Virus record (IMG/VR): IMGVR_UViG_3300045988_180980 | Reading direction: 5' to 3' (one strand) | From: a virus | DNA length: 64,000 bases | Part shown: positions 37,780 to 45,670 of the stretch, in pieces | Numbering within the stretch: the stretch's first letter is position 1 | Layout: every line of letters starts with the position of its first letter | Position numbers and translations under genes: made by a program | Notes under the pieces: generated by a model | What the model was told of the DNA's origin: nothing | Databases searched by the model: none | The model's input: only the letters and a program-made list of their open reading frames with translations

Positions 37780-37866
37780 AAACAGATACTTCTGTTTGGC
37801 ACGAACAGATACTTCTGTTTACCTCAAACAGATACTTCTGTTTGGTATGAACAGATACTTCTGTTT
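37780..37866. repeat. four palindromic 18-mers (A/G)AACAGATACTTCTGTTT at exact 23-bp phasing
   Basis: Copies start at 37780, 37803, 37826 and 37849, each AACAGA-TACT-TCTGTT. The same unit pair occurs at 9569 and 9592. Confidence 0.9.
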
Positions 37867-37908
37867 GGTTTCAGGTAGATGCAAAGTTAGGACTAAAACA
37901 TTTTCATT

Positions 37909-38364
37909 ATGGCAATGTCATTGAAATTGAGTAAGACGAAAGCCTATAACCCTTCTACCAAGAAGCAGGGCTTCCGCACCACCGTAAAGTCGAACGGTAA
38001 GGCAGACATGGAATCTCTGATTGCGTCTGCAAGTAACAACACTACCATGCACAAGGGCGAGATGCAGCTTGCCTTCACGCTCATGCTCGATGCCATCAAG
38101 GAAGCCCTCGTCAGCGGAAAGACCGTGGAGCTGAAGGGCATCGGCAACATCGGCTTCACCTGTTCGGGTGCATGGACCGAGACTGCCGAGGAGCAGAAGG
38201 CTGTGGAGCACAAGATAGGTGTGGCCTTCTACCCCAGCCAGGAGGTACACGCTGCCGTGGCCACTGCCCAGACATCGTGGACCAAGGATGGCGAGGGCAA
38301 TGAGCCTGCCGCTCCCGGCACAGGCGGCACCGAGCAGAAGCCCGGCGGTGGACTGGACGGATAA
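37909..38364 (+). CDS. Bacteroidota-type HU-like DNA-binding protein with Gly-rich tail (HU-HIG-like)
   Basis: ...NTTMHKGEMQLAFTLMLDAIKEALVSGKTVELKGIGNIGF... fits the HU-fold pattern of the Bacteroides histone-like family. The C-terminal tail is ...EQKPGGGLDG. Confidence 0.55.
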   Translation: MAMSLKLSKTKAYNPSTKKQGFRTTVKSNGKADMESLIASASNNTTMHKGEMQLAFTLMLDAIKEALVSGKTVELKGIGNIGFTCSGAWTETAEEQKAVEHKIGVAFYPSQEVHAAVATAQTSWTKDGEGNEPAAPGTGGTEQKPGGGLDG

Positions 38365-38444
38365 GAGAGAATCACTTTTTGTCATTATGCAATCTGTTTC
38401 TGTAGGCAGCGGCGTTTGTCGCGCCGCTTGCCTACGATGAACGA

Positions 38445-38484
38445 GCCCGCATTGGCCTGAGAGAGGTCGATGCGGGCTTTTCTT
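38445..38484 (+). terminator. intrinsic terminator after the HU-like gene (element copy 1)
   Basis: GCCCGCAT...ATGCGGGC stem with an inner GGCC/GGTC stem, followed by TTTTCTT. It is homologous to the element at 42050. Confidence 0.7.
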
Positions 38485-38540
38485 ATGCCGAAATGAGCGA
38501 TTCTAATACACCGCCCCTTCGGCGGCTCGCTGCAAGTATG

Positions 38541-38548
38541 TAATTTTG
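38541..38548 (+). promoter_or_regulatory. -7 box TAATTTTG for the LysR gene
   Basis: Matches TAnnTTTG 33 nt upstream of the ATG at 38581. Confidence 0.4.
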
Positions 38549-38580
38549 CATGGGTAATATGTCATAAAATACTAAATATT

Positions 38581-39486
38581 ATGGAACTAAGACACCTGAA
38601 ATCATTCGTCATCGTGGCAGAAACCCAGTCGTTCAGCATCGCCGCCACGCGATGCTTTGTCACGCAGTCGGCAGTGAGCCAGCACCTGAGAGCCCTGGAG
38701 CACGAACTGGGCTGCCCCCTGCTTATACGCACCGCACGCTCGGTCACGCTCACCGAGAGCGGCGAGGCCATGCTGCCCCTGGCCAAGGAGATACTGCGCC
38801 TCACAGCCCTGTGCCGTGAGCGCATACAGGCCCTGAACAACTGTCTGCAGGGCGAACTGCGCATAGGTGTGGGCTACTTCATAGCGCCCTACATACGCCA
38901 GGCCGCAGTCACCTTCATGGAGCGCTACCCCAGGGTGAGGCTCAATGCGGAGTTCACCAAGGCATGCCGCATCAACCAGGCCTTGCGCGAACACAAGATA
39001 GACCTCGCCTTCACCATGAACACCGCCTACCGCGACGAGGGCATAGAGTCGCGCCCCTGCATCCCCTTCCGCATCTGTGCCATCATGCGCGACAATCATC
39101 CCCTGGCCCGCAAGGACAAGGTCACGCAGGAGGAACTGCTGCACCACAGCGTCATCATGCCCGACGTGGGCGACCGCGTGTTTGACACCCTGCGCGCACT
39201 GATCCACTGCGACCTCTCGCGGCTCAACGTGAAGTGTGTGGTGAGCAGTCCCGACGAAGCCCTCGAGGTGGTGGAGCGCACACGCTGCATCACCTTCCTG
39301 CCCCGTCTGTACATATCGCACCGCCCCTCGCTCACGGCACGTCCCGTGGATGGCATCGACTGCCGCATGACCAGCAACGCCCACTGGATGAGGGACACGC
39401 CCATGAAGGTGGCGGCACAGCGCTTCCTCGAGATAGTACACGACGAGGCCGTGCCCTACGTGGAGGCCATGGACGATGCTCTATAG
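38581..39486 (+). CDS. LysR-type transcriptional regulator
   Basis: The N-terminal wHTH is MELRHLKSFVIVAETQSFSIAATRCFVTQSAVSQHLRALEHELGCPLLIRTARSVTLTESG. The ~300-aa length and the co-inducer-domain layout also fit. Confidence 0.9.
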   Translation: MELRHLKSFVIVAETQSFSIAATRCFVTQSAVSQHLRALEHELGCPLLIRTARSVTLTESGEAMLPLAKEILRLTALCRERIQALNNCLQGELRIGVGYFIAPYIRQAAVTFMERYPRVRLNAEFTKACRINQALREHKIDLAFTMNTAYRDEGIESRPCIPFRICAIMRDNHPLARKDKVTQEELLHHSVIMPDVGDRVFDTLRALIHCDLSRLNVKCVVSSPDEALEVVERTRCITFLPRLYISHRPSLTARPVDGIDCRMTSNAHWMRDTPMKVAAQRFLEIVHDEAVPYVEAMDDAL

Positions 39487-39639
39487 CACTTTCCTTCGGC
39501 TTATCCTGCCATTAGCCTTTCTGATACGGAATGCTTGGATAAGCACACTTCACGCATCCTGCTTGCACCGCCGACTATATACCCCGACCTTTGCGCCAAG
39601 TCCGAATGACGGGCGAAACCTATAAAATCATACATCACC

Positions 39640-40134
39640 ATGCAAATCAAGACACAAGACGGCAACTACGACGTTGCCAGCAAGAACCTGGGCAACACTG
39701 CCCTGGGACTCGGTATCGCAGGACTCGCCACCAGTCTGCTGGGAGGCGGAGTGTCCATGCTCACAGGGCAGACACCCACCGCAGGCGGCGGGCAGAACAG
39801 GTTCGTGACCAAGGGCGAGGCCGACCTGATGCAGGAGAACGGTACACTGAAGACCGAACTGGCCATACAGAAAAGTGAGAACTACACCGACAAGAAGCTG
39901 GTGGAGACTACCACATGGCTCGACTCCAAGCTGCGCAGGCTGGAGGACAAGGTGGATGCCAACAAGGACGCACAGCAGGCTGTGAACGCACAGCAGATGG
40001 CCTACAACGCCGCTGCCAATGCCAACATAGACGTGCTCAAGTCGCAGGTGGCAGCGCTCACGGGAGTGACCAAGCTCTTTGTCCCCTCCACCAACGTGTG
40101 CCAGACAGGCTGCGGCTGCGGCTGCAACCAGTAA
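39640..40134 (+). CDS. membrane-anchored coiled-coil protein with Cys-rich C-terminus
   Basis: Gly-rich hydrophobic segment GNTALGLGIAGLATSLLGGGVSML, then a coiled coil, ending in ...NVCQTGCGCGCNQ. Confidence 0.5.
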   Translation: MQIKTQDGNYDVASKNLGNTALGLGIAGLATSLLGGGVSMLTGQTPTAGGGQNRFVTKGEADLMQENGTLKTELAIQKSENYTDKKLVETTTWLDSKLRRLEDKVDANKDAQQAVNAQQMAYNAAANANIDVLKSQVAALTGVTKLFVPSTNVCQTGCGCGCNQ

Positions 40135-40155
40135 CCCACATCACGGCACGCCGAT

Positions 40156-40578
40156 ATGGAGTACAGCAACGCACAGATACTGGCCGCAGTGGTGTCGGAG
40201 TGGGCACGACCGGCCATCTCGCAGATAGCGGCAGGCAGGCTCATGCGCCTGCCCATGCTGCAGTCGCTGCAGGCCACCGTGAGCTCCCTGGGGCTGGTGA
40301 GCGGGTCCTACTCGCTGCAGGCCGACATAGAGCCGGTATTGCAGCCCGTGGTCAATGCCATGCTCACCCCCGTGCTGTCGCGCTACCTGTCGGCACTGCC
40401 CGACGAGGGCATACCGCAGATGGCTCACGACGTGGTGGAGCAGATGCGGCATCGCGGACAGGTGTCGCTGCTCGACGGGGCGGTGACGCTGGAGGAGGAG
40501 GACCTCGACGAACTGGCCTCGCTGCTGGAGAAGAACCTGCCCGTCACACCGCAGCAGGGCTATCAGGTGGTACGTTGA
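40156..40578 (+). CDS. hypothetical protein
   Basis: 140-aa ATG ORF. Confidence 0.45.
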   Translation: MEYSNAQILAAVVSEWARPAISQIAAGRLMRLPMLQSLQATVSSLGLVSGSYSLQADIEPVLQPVVNAMLTPVLSRYLSALPDEGIPQMAHDVVEQMRHRGQVSLLDGAVTLEEEDLDELASLLEKNLPVTPQQGYQVVR

Positions 40579-40616
40579 GGAAAAGAACAACAGTAGAAGA
40601 AAGGAACACACACATT

Positions 40617-41042
40617 ATGAACAGACTTACACGCCCGGCCGTCATCACGGCCACACTGGCTCTGGGAGCCACCACGGCGGCACCGTACTATGACGTGAAC
40701 ATCACGCAGCCGCTGTGCACCGCCGCCTGTGCCGACGAGAAGCCCGTATTCGAGCCCAAGTTCTCGGTGCGCGGCATCACCACCGTGGGCACCTCACAGT
40801 ATATCATCACCATGCACGTGGAGGGAGTGGTGAGCTACGTGCCCTGCCGCTGCGGCACCTGCTGCACACGCTCGCAGGTCATCAGCCAGGACTTCACCAT
40901 ACCCGTGTTCAGCGCCACGCCCGTCACCTCGGTCACGCCCTCGGCAGGAGCATCGGTCAACGGCATCGTCCGCACCGCCTGCTCTGACTGCTCGCGCACC
41001 TTCGTGTCGGACACCCCGCTCACCCTCACCATCGCCGCATGA
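40617..41042 (+). CDS. secreted Cys-rich protein
   Basis: In-frame ATG at 40617. It has a signal-peptide-like N-terminus MNRLTRPAVITATLALGATTAA and 10 Cys in 141 aa, including CRCGTCC. Confidence 0.5.
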   Translation: MNRLTRPAVITATLALGATTAAPYYDVNITQPLCTAACADEKPVFEPKFSVRGITTVGTSQYIITMHVEGVVSYVPCRCGTCCTRSQVISQDFTIPVFSATPVTSVTPSAGASVNGIVRTACSDCSRTFVSDTPLTLTIAA

Positions 41043-41341
41043 TGACACCCACAGCCCTCGCCACAGCCCTCGCCGCCACCGTGGCGGCCATGCTCATACA
41101 GCACCTGGGGCTGGCACAGGCCGTGGCAGGAGTGCTGGCACGCATAGCCTCGTGCATGCAGTGCACGGTGCTGTGGTGCGTGCTGGCCGCCCTGGCCTAC
41201 CGCCGCTGCGATCCCGTGGCGGCGGTGGCTCTGGCGGTGCTGGCAGCCTATGCCTCGCACTGGCTGTCGCTGCTATTGATATACTTGCAACGCATCTTCA
41301 CACACATCTATGGCAAAGGAACAGAAGAAGAAGAAGAATGA
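41039..41341 (+). CDS. small multi-pass membrane protein (holin-like topology)
   Basis: 100 aa with about three hydrophobic helices and a charged tail KGTEEEEE. The start overlaps the previous stop (ATGATGA). Confidence 0.45.
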   Translation: MMTPTALATALAATVAAMLIQHLGLAQAVAGVLARIASCMQCTVLWCVLAALAYRRCDPVAAVALAVLAAYASHWLSLLLIYLQRIFTHIYGKGTEEEEE

Positions 41342-41483
41342 GGAGAAGGAGCCACTACGGCAACCCGCCGCAGGCCCCGCACTCCCGCAGGTGCCGCCCA
41401 TAGCCCTGCCGCTCATACCGCATTTCAGGGGCATCTGCCCCAATTGTTGAACATACACCAGAAAAAAATCTCCGCAAAAGAAA

Positions 41484-42014
41484 ATGACTTATCAGGACAT
41501 CATCAGCGCCGCCCGCAAGGAAGGGAAGGCCACAGAGAAGAACATGCAGGCTGCAGCCGAACGGCTGTCACAAGACCTGTGCGGCTTGAAGCAGAAGCAT
41601 GGAGGCATCTATCAGACCATCATACGCAACCAGCACGCAGCCTACTTCGGCAAGCACTACAGCGAGCAGATGGCACACTGCGACGTGGACGACCTGGAGT
41701 GGAGCGCCGACAACGAGGACGGTGAGGCCGCAGGCTACGGAGCACGCTGGACAACGAACGAACTGGAACGTCTGACCACAGGCATGCACTTCCATGCACG
41801 GGTGAACATGTGGGACAAGTTCGTTGCCTTCAATGCCATGTATGCCGACCTGTGCCGCTTCATGGACGAGGACGAAATCATCAAGGCCGCCTATGCCTTC
41901 TACTTCCACGACGATGACTGGCAGAAGGACGGGGACTGCACTAAGATATGGGACTATATGACCCACCACTACCTGTCGCTTGAGGAAGACACGGCAGCAT
42001 CGTTCCTGGCATAG
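41484..42014 (+). CDS. hypothetical protein
   Basis: 176-aa ATG ORF followed by the terminator at 42050. Confidence 0.5.
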   Translation: MTYQDIISAARKEGKATEKNMQAAAERLSQDLCGLKQKHGGIYQTIIRNQHAAYFGKHYSEQMAHCDVDDLEWSADNEDGEAAGYGARWTTNELERLTTGMHFHARVNMWDKFVAFNAMYADLCRFMDEDEIIKAAYAFYFHDDDWQKDGDCTKIWDYMTHHYLSLEEDTAASFLA

Positions 42015-42049
42015 ACAGGCACCGCACACCGCTTGCCGACAAGAAAAGA

Positions 42050-42090
42050 GTCCGCATTGGCCGAAGAGAGGCCGGTGCGGACTTTTCTCT
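42050..42090 (+). terminator. intrinsic terminator (element copy 2)
   Basis: GTCCGCAT...GTGCGGAC stem followed by TTTTCTCT. A compensatory C-G to T-A pair change relative to copy 1 preserves the stem. Confidence 0.7.
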
Positions 42091-42134
42091 GTGCGCACGG
42101 ACGGGGCTGTCCCGCCTGCAAGTCCCGTTTTGCC

Positions 42135-42142
42135 TATTTTTG
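42135..42142 (+). promoter_or_regulatory. -7 box TATTTTTG for the baseplate/tail operon
   Basis: Matches TAnnTTTG 29 nt upstream of the ATG at 42171, after the terminator at 42050. Confidence 0.4.
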
Positions 42143-42170
42143 CATCTGAAGACAAAACACAGAAATACGC

Positions 42171-42851
42171 ATGATGAAGACAACGCCTTTCCTACGCCTG
42201 AAGGACCTCTGCATCCGTGCCTGCCACGAGCGCCAGGCATGTACCGAGGGCTACAGGCAGATGCTTGCGGCACAGAACGTGAGTCAGATGATGGCCGTGT
42301 GGCGGGCCAACTGGGACGATGTGGTGACAGGCAAGTTCGCCCAGGCCATCACGCACCACCTGCCCACCCTATACCCCGATATACGCGAGGAGATGAATGA
42401 GGCAGGCATCTACCTCAACGAATGCCCGCAGCGCATCAAGCCCAACGTGCTGGTGATAGTCACCGGCGGCACGGCAGCAGAGCCGGTGGAGATATTCGCC
42501 TTGGCACAGGCCTATGTGACAGGCACGGCCTGTGTGGTGGCCTACGGACACTCACAGGTATATAACACCTGCGCCAGCCAGGCACAGATAGTGCTGCGTG
42601 ACCGCACCTACTGCAGTGCCGAGAGCGGGATGGTAGAAGCCCGCGACTATTCCTCGCTGCGCTGCGCAGGCACCTGCCGTGCGTTCCTGCACGGAAGCAC
42701 CGTGTGCAGGGCGGCAGGCGGTGCGGTACACGTGTTCTCGTGCGAGTCGCTGGTGGCCGAGGGCAGTACACAGGTGTTCCGCCACAGTCCGCACTCCCGC
42801 ATCACCATATCCTCACCCGACGTACAACTGACCATTCTTGATACACCATGA
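42171..42851 (+). CDS. hypothetical protein (first gene of the tail/baseplate operon)
   Basis: 226 aa. A TATTTTTG -7 box lies at 42135, and the stop overlaps the next start. Confidence 0.5.
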   Translation: MMKTTPFLRLKDLCIRACHERQACTEGYRQMLAAQNVSQMMAVWRANWDDVVTGKFAQAITHHLPTLYPDIREEMNEAGIYLNECPQRIKPNVLVIVTGGTAAEPVEIFALAQAYVTGTACVVAYGHSQVYNTCASQAQIVLRDRTYCSAESGMVEARDYSSLRCAGTCRAFLHGSTVCRAAGGAVHVFSCESLVAEGSTQVFRHSPHSRITISSPDVQLTILDTP

Positions 42852-45640
42852 ACAGCCATATAGCCATCCTGGCCGGCGGCAAGCCGATGACCCTGCCGCA
42901 GGACTTCTCCATCAGTGTGGAGATGAACAACCCGCTCTTCCATGATAGCGACCTCTTCTCGTACCCCGTGGAACTGCCCGTGGAGGGCAACCGCCACCTG
43001 CTCAAGGACGTGGATGACGTGGCGGCAGACATGCGTCCCATCGACCTGGAGCGCACCCCCATGCAGATATACATCGAGGGCATGCCCTTTGCCAGCGGTC
43101 CCGCCGTGGTGCAGGAGGACGAGCGCACCGACGGCAAGGTGTCGGTGAGCATAGATGCCAGCACGCGCTCATTCTCCGACCTCATCAGCGACCTGAAGTG
43201 CAACGAGGTGCCCATACCCGCACACTACCGCCCCAGTCTGCTCATAGGCGAGAAGATAGACGAGGTGAACGTGCAGGTGCAGTACGCCACCAGCGTGACC
43301 ATCAAGTACAACGGCAAGAAGGGCAACAAGAAGCATGCCTCAGTGGGCTCGTACAACACCTCGGGCACCTTCCATCCGCAGGCGCTTGGCTTCTCCTTCC
43401 CCGGCAAGTGTAAGGAGGATGCCAAGACGCATGTGGCCGAACTCGAGACGGAGCGCTCGTACCCGGGCAAGGTGAAGCTCAAGATGCCCAAGGTGGAGCA
43501 GTCGTACATCAACGTGAGTGTGCCTTACCCCAATGCACCCTTCTGCAACGCCCGCGTCTGCTACGGCCACTACGCCCTGGATGCCGACGGCAAGACCTCT
43601 TCGTCGAAGGCAAAGTATGACGAGAGCAACGTGTGGGAGGACTGCGGTCCCATCTGGACACTGGAGGCCGACCGCCCGCAGTCGGGCATCTGCTTCTATG
43701 TGCTCTTCTTTCTCGACTGCCTGTTTGAGCACTTGGGACTGAGTTTCGACAACTCGGCACTCACGGCCATAGAGGACTTCAGCCGCCTGTGCTTCTTCAC
43801 CACCAAGTGCGCCTACGACACCAGTCCGCTCCACGTGGGGTCCCTATACAAAAAGGACGACGAGGAGGTGCAGCAGGGACTGAAGCAGGAGGGCGACATC
43901 AAGCTGGGCTACTTCCAGAAGCAGGCCGGGTCGGACAAGGAGGTCAAGAAGCTGTTTGACGAGGTGAACCAGTGGCTCGACTCACGCGGCTGCGGCGGGA
44001 AGCTCTCGCTGGAGAACCCGCGCGACAAGTCGGTGCAGGAGATCACGTACCAGAAGGCGTTCCTGCGCTCGCAGATGGTGATCGACCACCGCTTCCCCAA
44101 CCCCGCCTTCAAGCAGATAGTGTCCTCGGGCGGCGTGATAGATGCCCCGGATACAGTCAAAGTGGGCGAGCGCGGTGTGGCCAGCATTACCACCCACTCC
44201 CGCATCACAGGAGCGCAGATGAGTGCCAGCGTGGTGAACATGTATGCCAATGAGAAGAACTTCCCCGCCGAGTCGGTATCATCGGTGATAGATTCGCTGG
44301 AACAGCAGTTCGGCATCAAGTTCCACTATGACTTTGACCGCAAGCACGTGACCGCCTACCTCATACGCGACGTGTTCCGCAAGCAGGCGGCACAGCCCCG
44401 CACCTTCCATGCACAGGTGCTCAGCATGGTGCCCGTGACCGAGAAGCTGACCGGTGTGCGCGTGGGCTACTCTGCCGAGAGCGACCGCAAGGAGCAGAAG
44501 CGCAACGTGACCGAGGGCGTGAAGGACTATGACACCAATTACGACTATATCGACTACAAGAAGGACAACGTGGTGACAAGCCTCACCTACCGCGAGATCA
44601 TACGGCAGGTGAACAGCGGGCAGCAGAAACTCTTCATCGACCTGCAGACGGGCAACAAGTACCGCGTGAAGATTAACTCTGAGTTTACCGATGCCAGCAA
44701 CATGGAGCCGCGCCTGTTTGAGGTGGCGGCCTACAAGGGCGTGGAGATAGGCGACTGCTCCGACGAGAACGAGGACTACGTGCAGGAGTTCATCAGCGAC
44801 TTCTTGCCCGTGGGCTTTGTGGATGTCAACTACCGGAAGGCGCTCGACGCCAGCAACGTCCCCGTGTGCTTCACCGATGCGCCCGTGCAGCCCGTAGAGG
44901 GGCAGGACATCGAGGGGTATGTGGCCACGGAGGTCAACGGGACGTATGCTCAGAACGTGCTGGCGGCATTCGTGGACGAGGACATGGAGCATGAGTTCGT
45001 GAAGCAGTATATCAAGAACACCCTCTCATCGCAGGTGGCCGACTTCTACGTCACCGAGACGCTCTCCCTGCGTGAGAGCTACGACACCACCAAGACCGAC
45101 GACGGCAACTCGCCCCTGCAGAGCCACGACTGGGGACTCTCGGTAGCCATCATGCGCGGTGGAGGAGTGGATTCCACCCACGAGCCTTATGCCCCCAATT
45201 ACGACGGCTTCGGCAACTCCAAGTGGCGCACCACGGCAGGCAAGTATGCCCTGTCGGCCGACACCATCGACTGCTACGGCAACGGGTATGACTACAACGG
45301 CCCCGAGGACGGGCAGGGCTCGGGCGAGCGCTTCTCGCTCAAGCCGCGTGCATGGGTGCAGCCCGACTGGGCCGATGCCCCGCTCATCTCAGGTACACCC
45401 GAGGTCAAGAACCGTGGTTATGTGGATGCCATGCTCATCGACTATATCCACTTCCTGCTCCACCGCAAGAAGTACTATGTGGAGTGCCTGGCTCCCGTGG
45501 CACAGATAGCCGACATACAGGAACACTGGCAGGAGTGGTGGATGATAAACGGGCGCAAGTGCCTGGTGGATAATGTCAAGGTGGAGGTGTCTGCCGAGAC
45601 GGGAGTGGGCAAACTGGAGATGGAGGTCTATTCCATCTAA
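42848..45640 (+). CDS. large baseplate/tail structural protein
   Basis: 930 aa, translationally coupled and located upstream of the fibre genes. The function is positional. Confidence 0.5.
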   Translation: MNSHIAILAGGKPMTLPQDFSISVEMNNPLFHDSDLFSYPVELPVEGNRHLLKDVDDVAADMRPIDLERTPMQIYIEGMPFASGPAVVQEDERTDGKVSVSIDASTRSFSDLISDLKCNEVPIPAHYRPSLLIGEKIDEVNVQVQYATSVTIKYNGKKGNKKHASVGSYNTSGTFHPQALGFSFPGKCKEDAKTHVAELETERSYPGKVKLKMPKVEQSYINVSVPYPNAPFCNARVCYGHYALDADGKTSSSKAKYDESNVWEDCGPIWTLEADRPQSGICFYVLFFLDCLFEHLGLSFDNSALTAIEDFSRLCFFTTKCAYDTSPLHVGSLYKKDDEEVQQGLKQEGDIKLGYFQKQAGSDKEVKKLFDEVNQWLDSRGCGGKLSLENPRDKSVQEITYQKAFLRSQMVIDHRFPNPAFKQIVSSGGVIDAPDTVKVGERGVASITTHSRITGAQMSASVVNMYANEKNFPAESVSSVIDSLEQQFGIKFHYDFDRKHVTAYLIRDVFRKQAAQPRTFHAQVLSMVPVTEKLTGVRVGYSAESDRKEQKRNVTEGVKDYDTNYDYIDYKKDNVVTSLTYREIIRQVNSGQQKLFIDLQTGNKYRVKINSEFTDASNMEPRLFEVAAYKGVEIGDCSDENEDYVQEFISDFLPVGFVDVNYRKALDASNVPVCFTDAPVQPVEGQDIEGYVATEVNGTYAQNVLAAFVDEDMEHEFVKQYIKNTLSSQVADFYVTETLSLRESYDTTKTDDGNSPLQSHDWGLSVAIMRGGGVDSTHEPYAPNYDGFGNSKWRTTAGKYALSADTIDCYGNGYDYNGPEDGQGSGERFSLKPRAWVQPDWADAPLISGTPEVKNRGYVDAMLIDYIHFLLHRKKYYVECLAPVAQIADIQEHWQEWWMINGRKCLVDNVKVEVSAETGVGKLEMEVYSI

Positions 45641-45670
45641 TCATTATTTATACTACACACACATACGTAT

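Noticed and set aside
37780-37866. Possible CRISPR array (regularly spaced repeats)
   Set aside because: The period is only 23 bp with 5-nt spacers. The repeats are perfect palindromes and there are only four copies. This is an operator or iteron-type array, not repeat-spacer architecture, and no cas genes are present.
39915-41042. 375-aa + strand ORF spanning three smaller ORFs
   Set aside because: The first ~230 codons are Arg/Gly/Ala-rich low-complexity text that overlaps better ORFs in other frames (39640..40134 and 40156..40578). Only the part from the in-frame ATG at 40617, which has a signal peptide, is kept as a gene.
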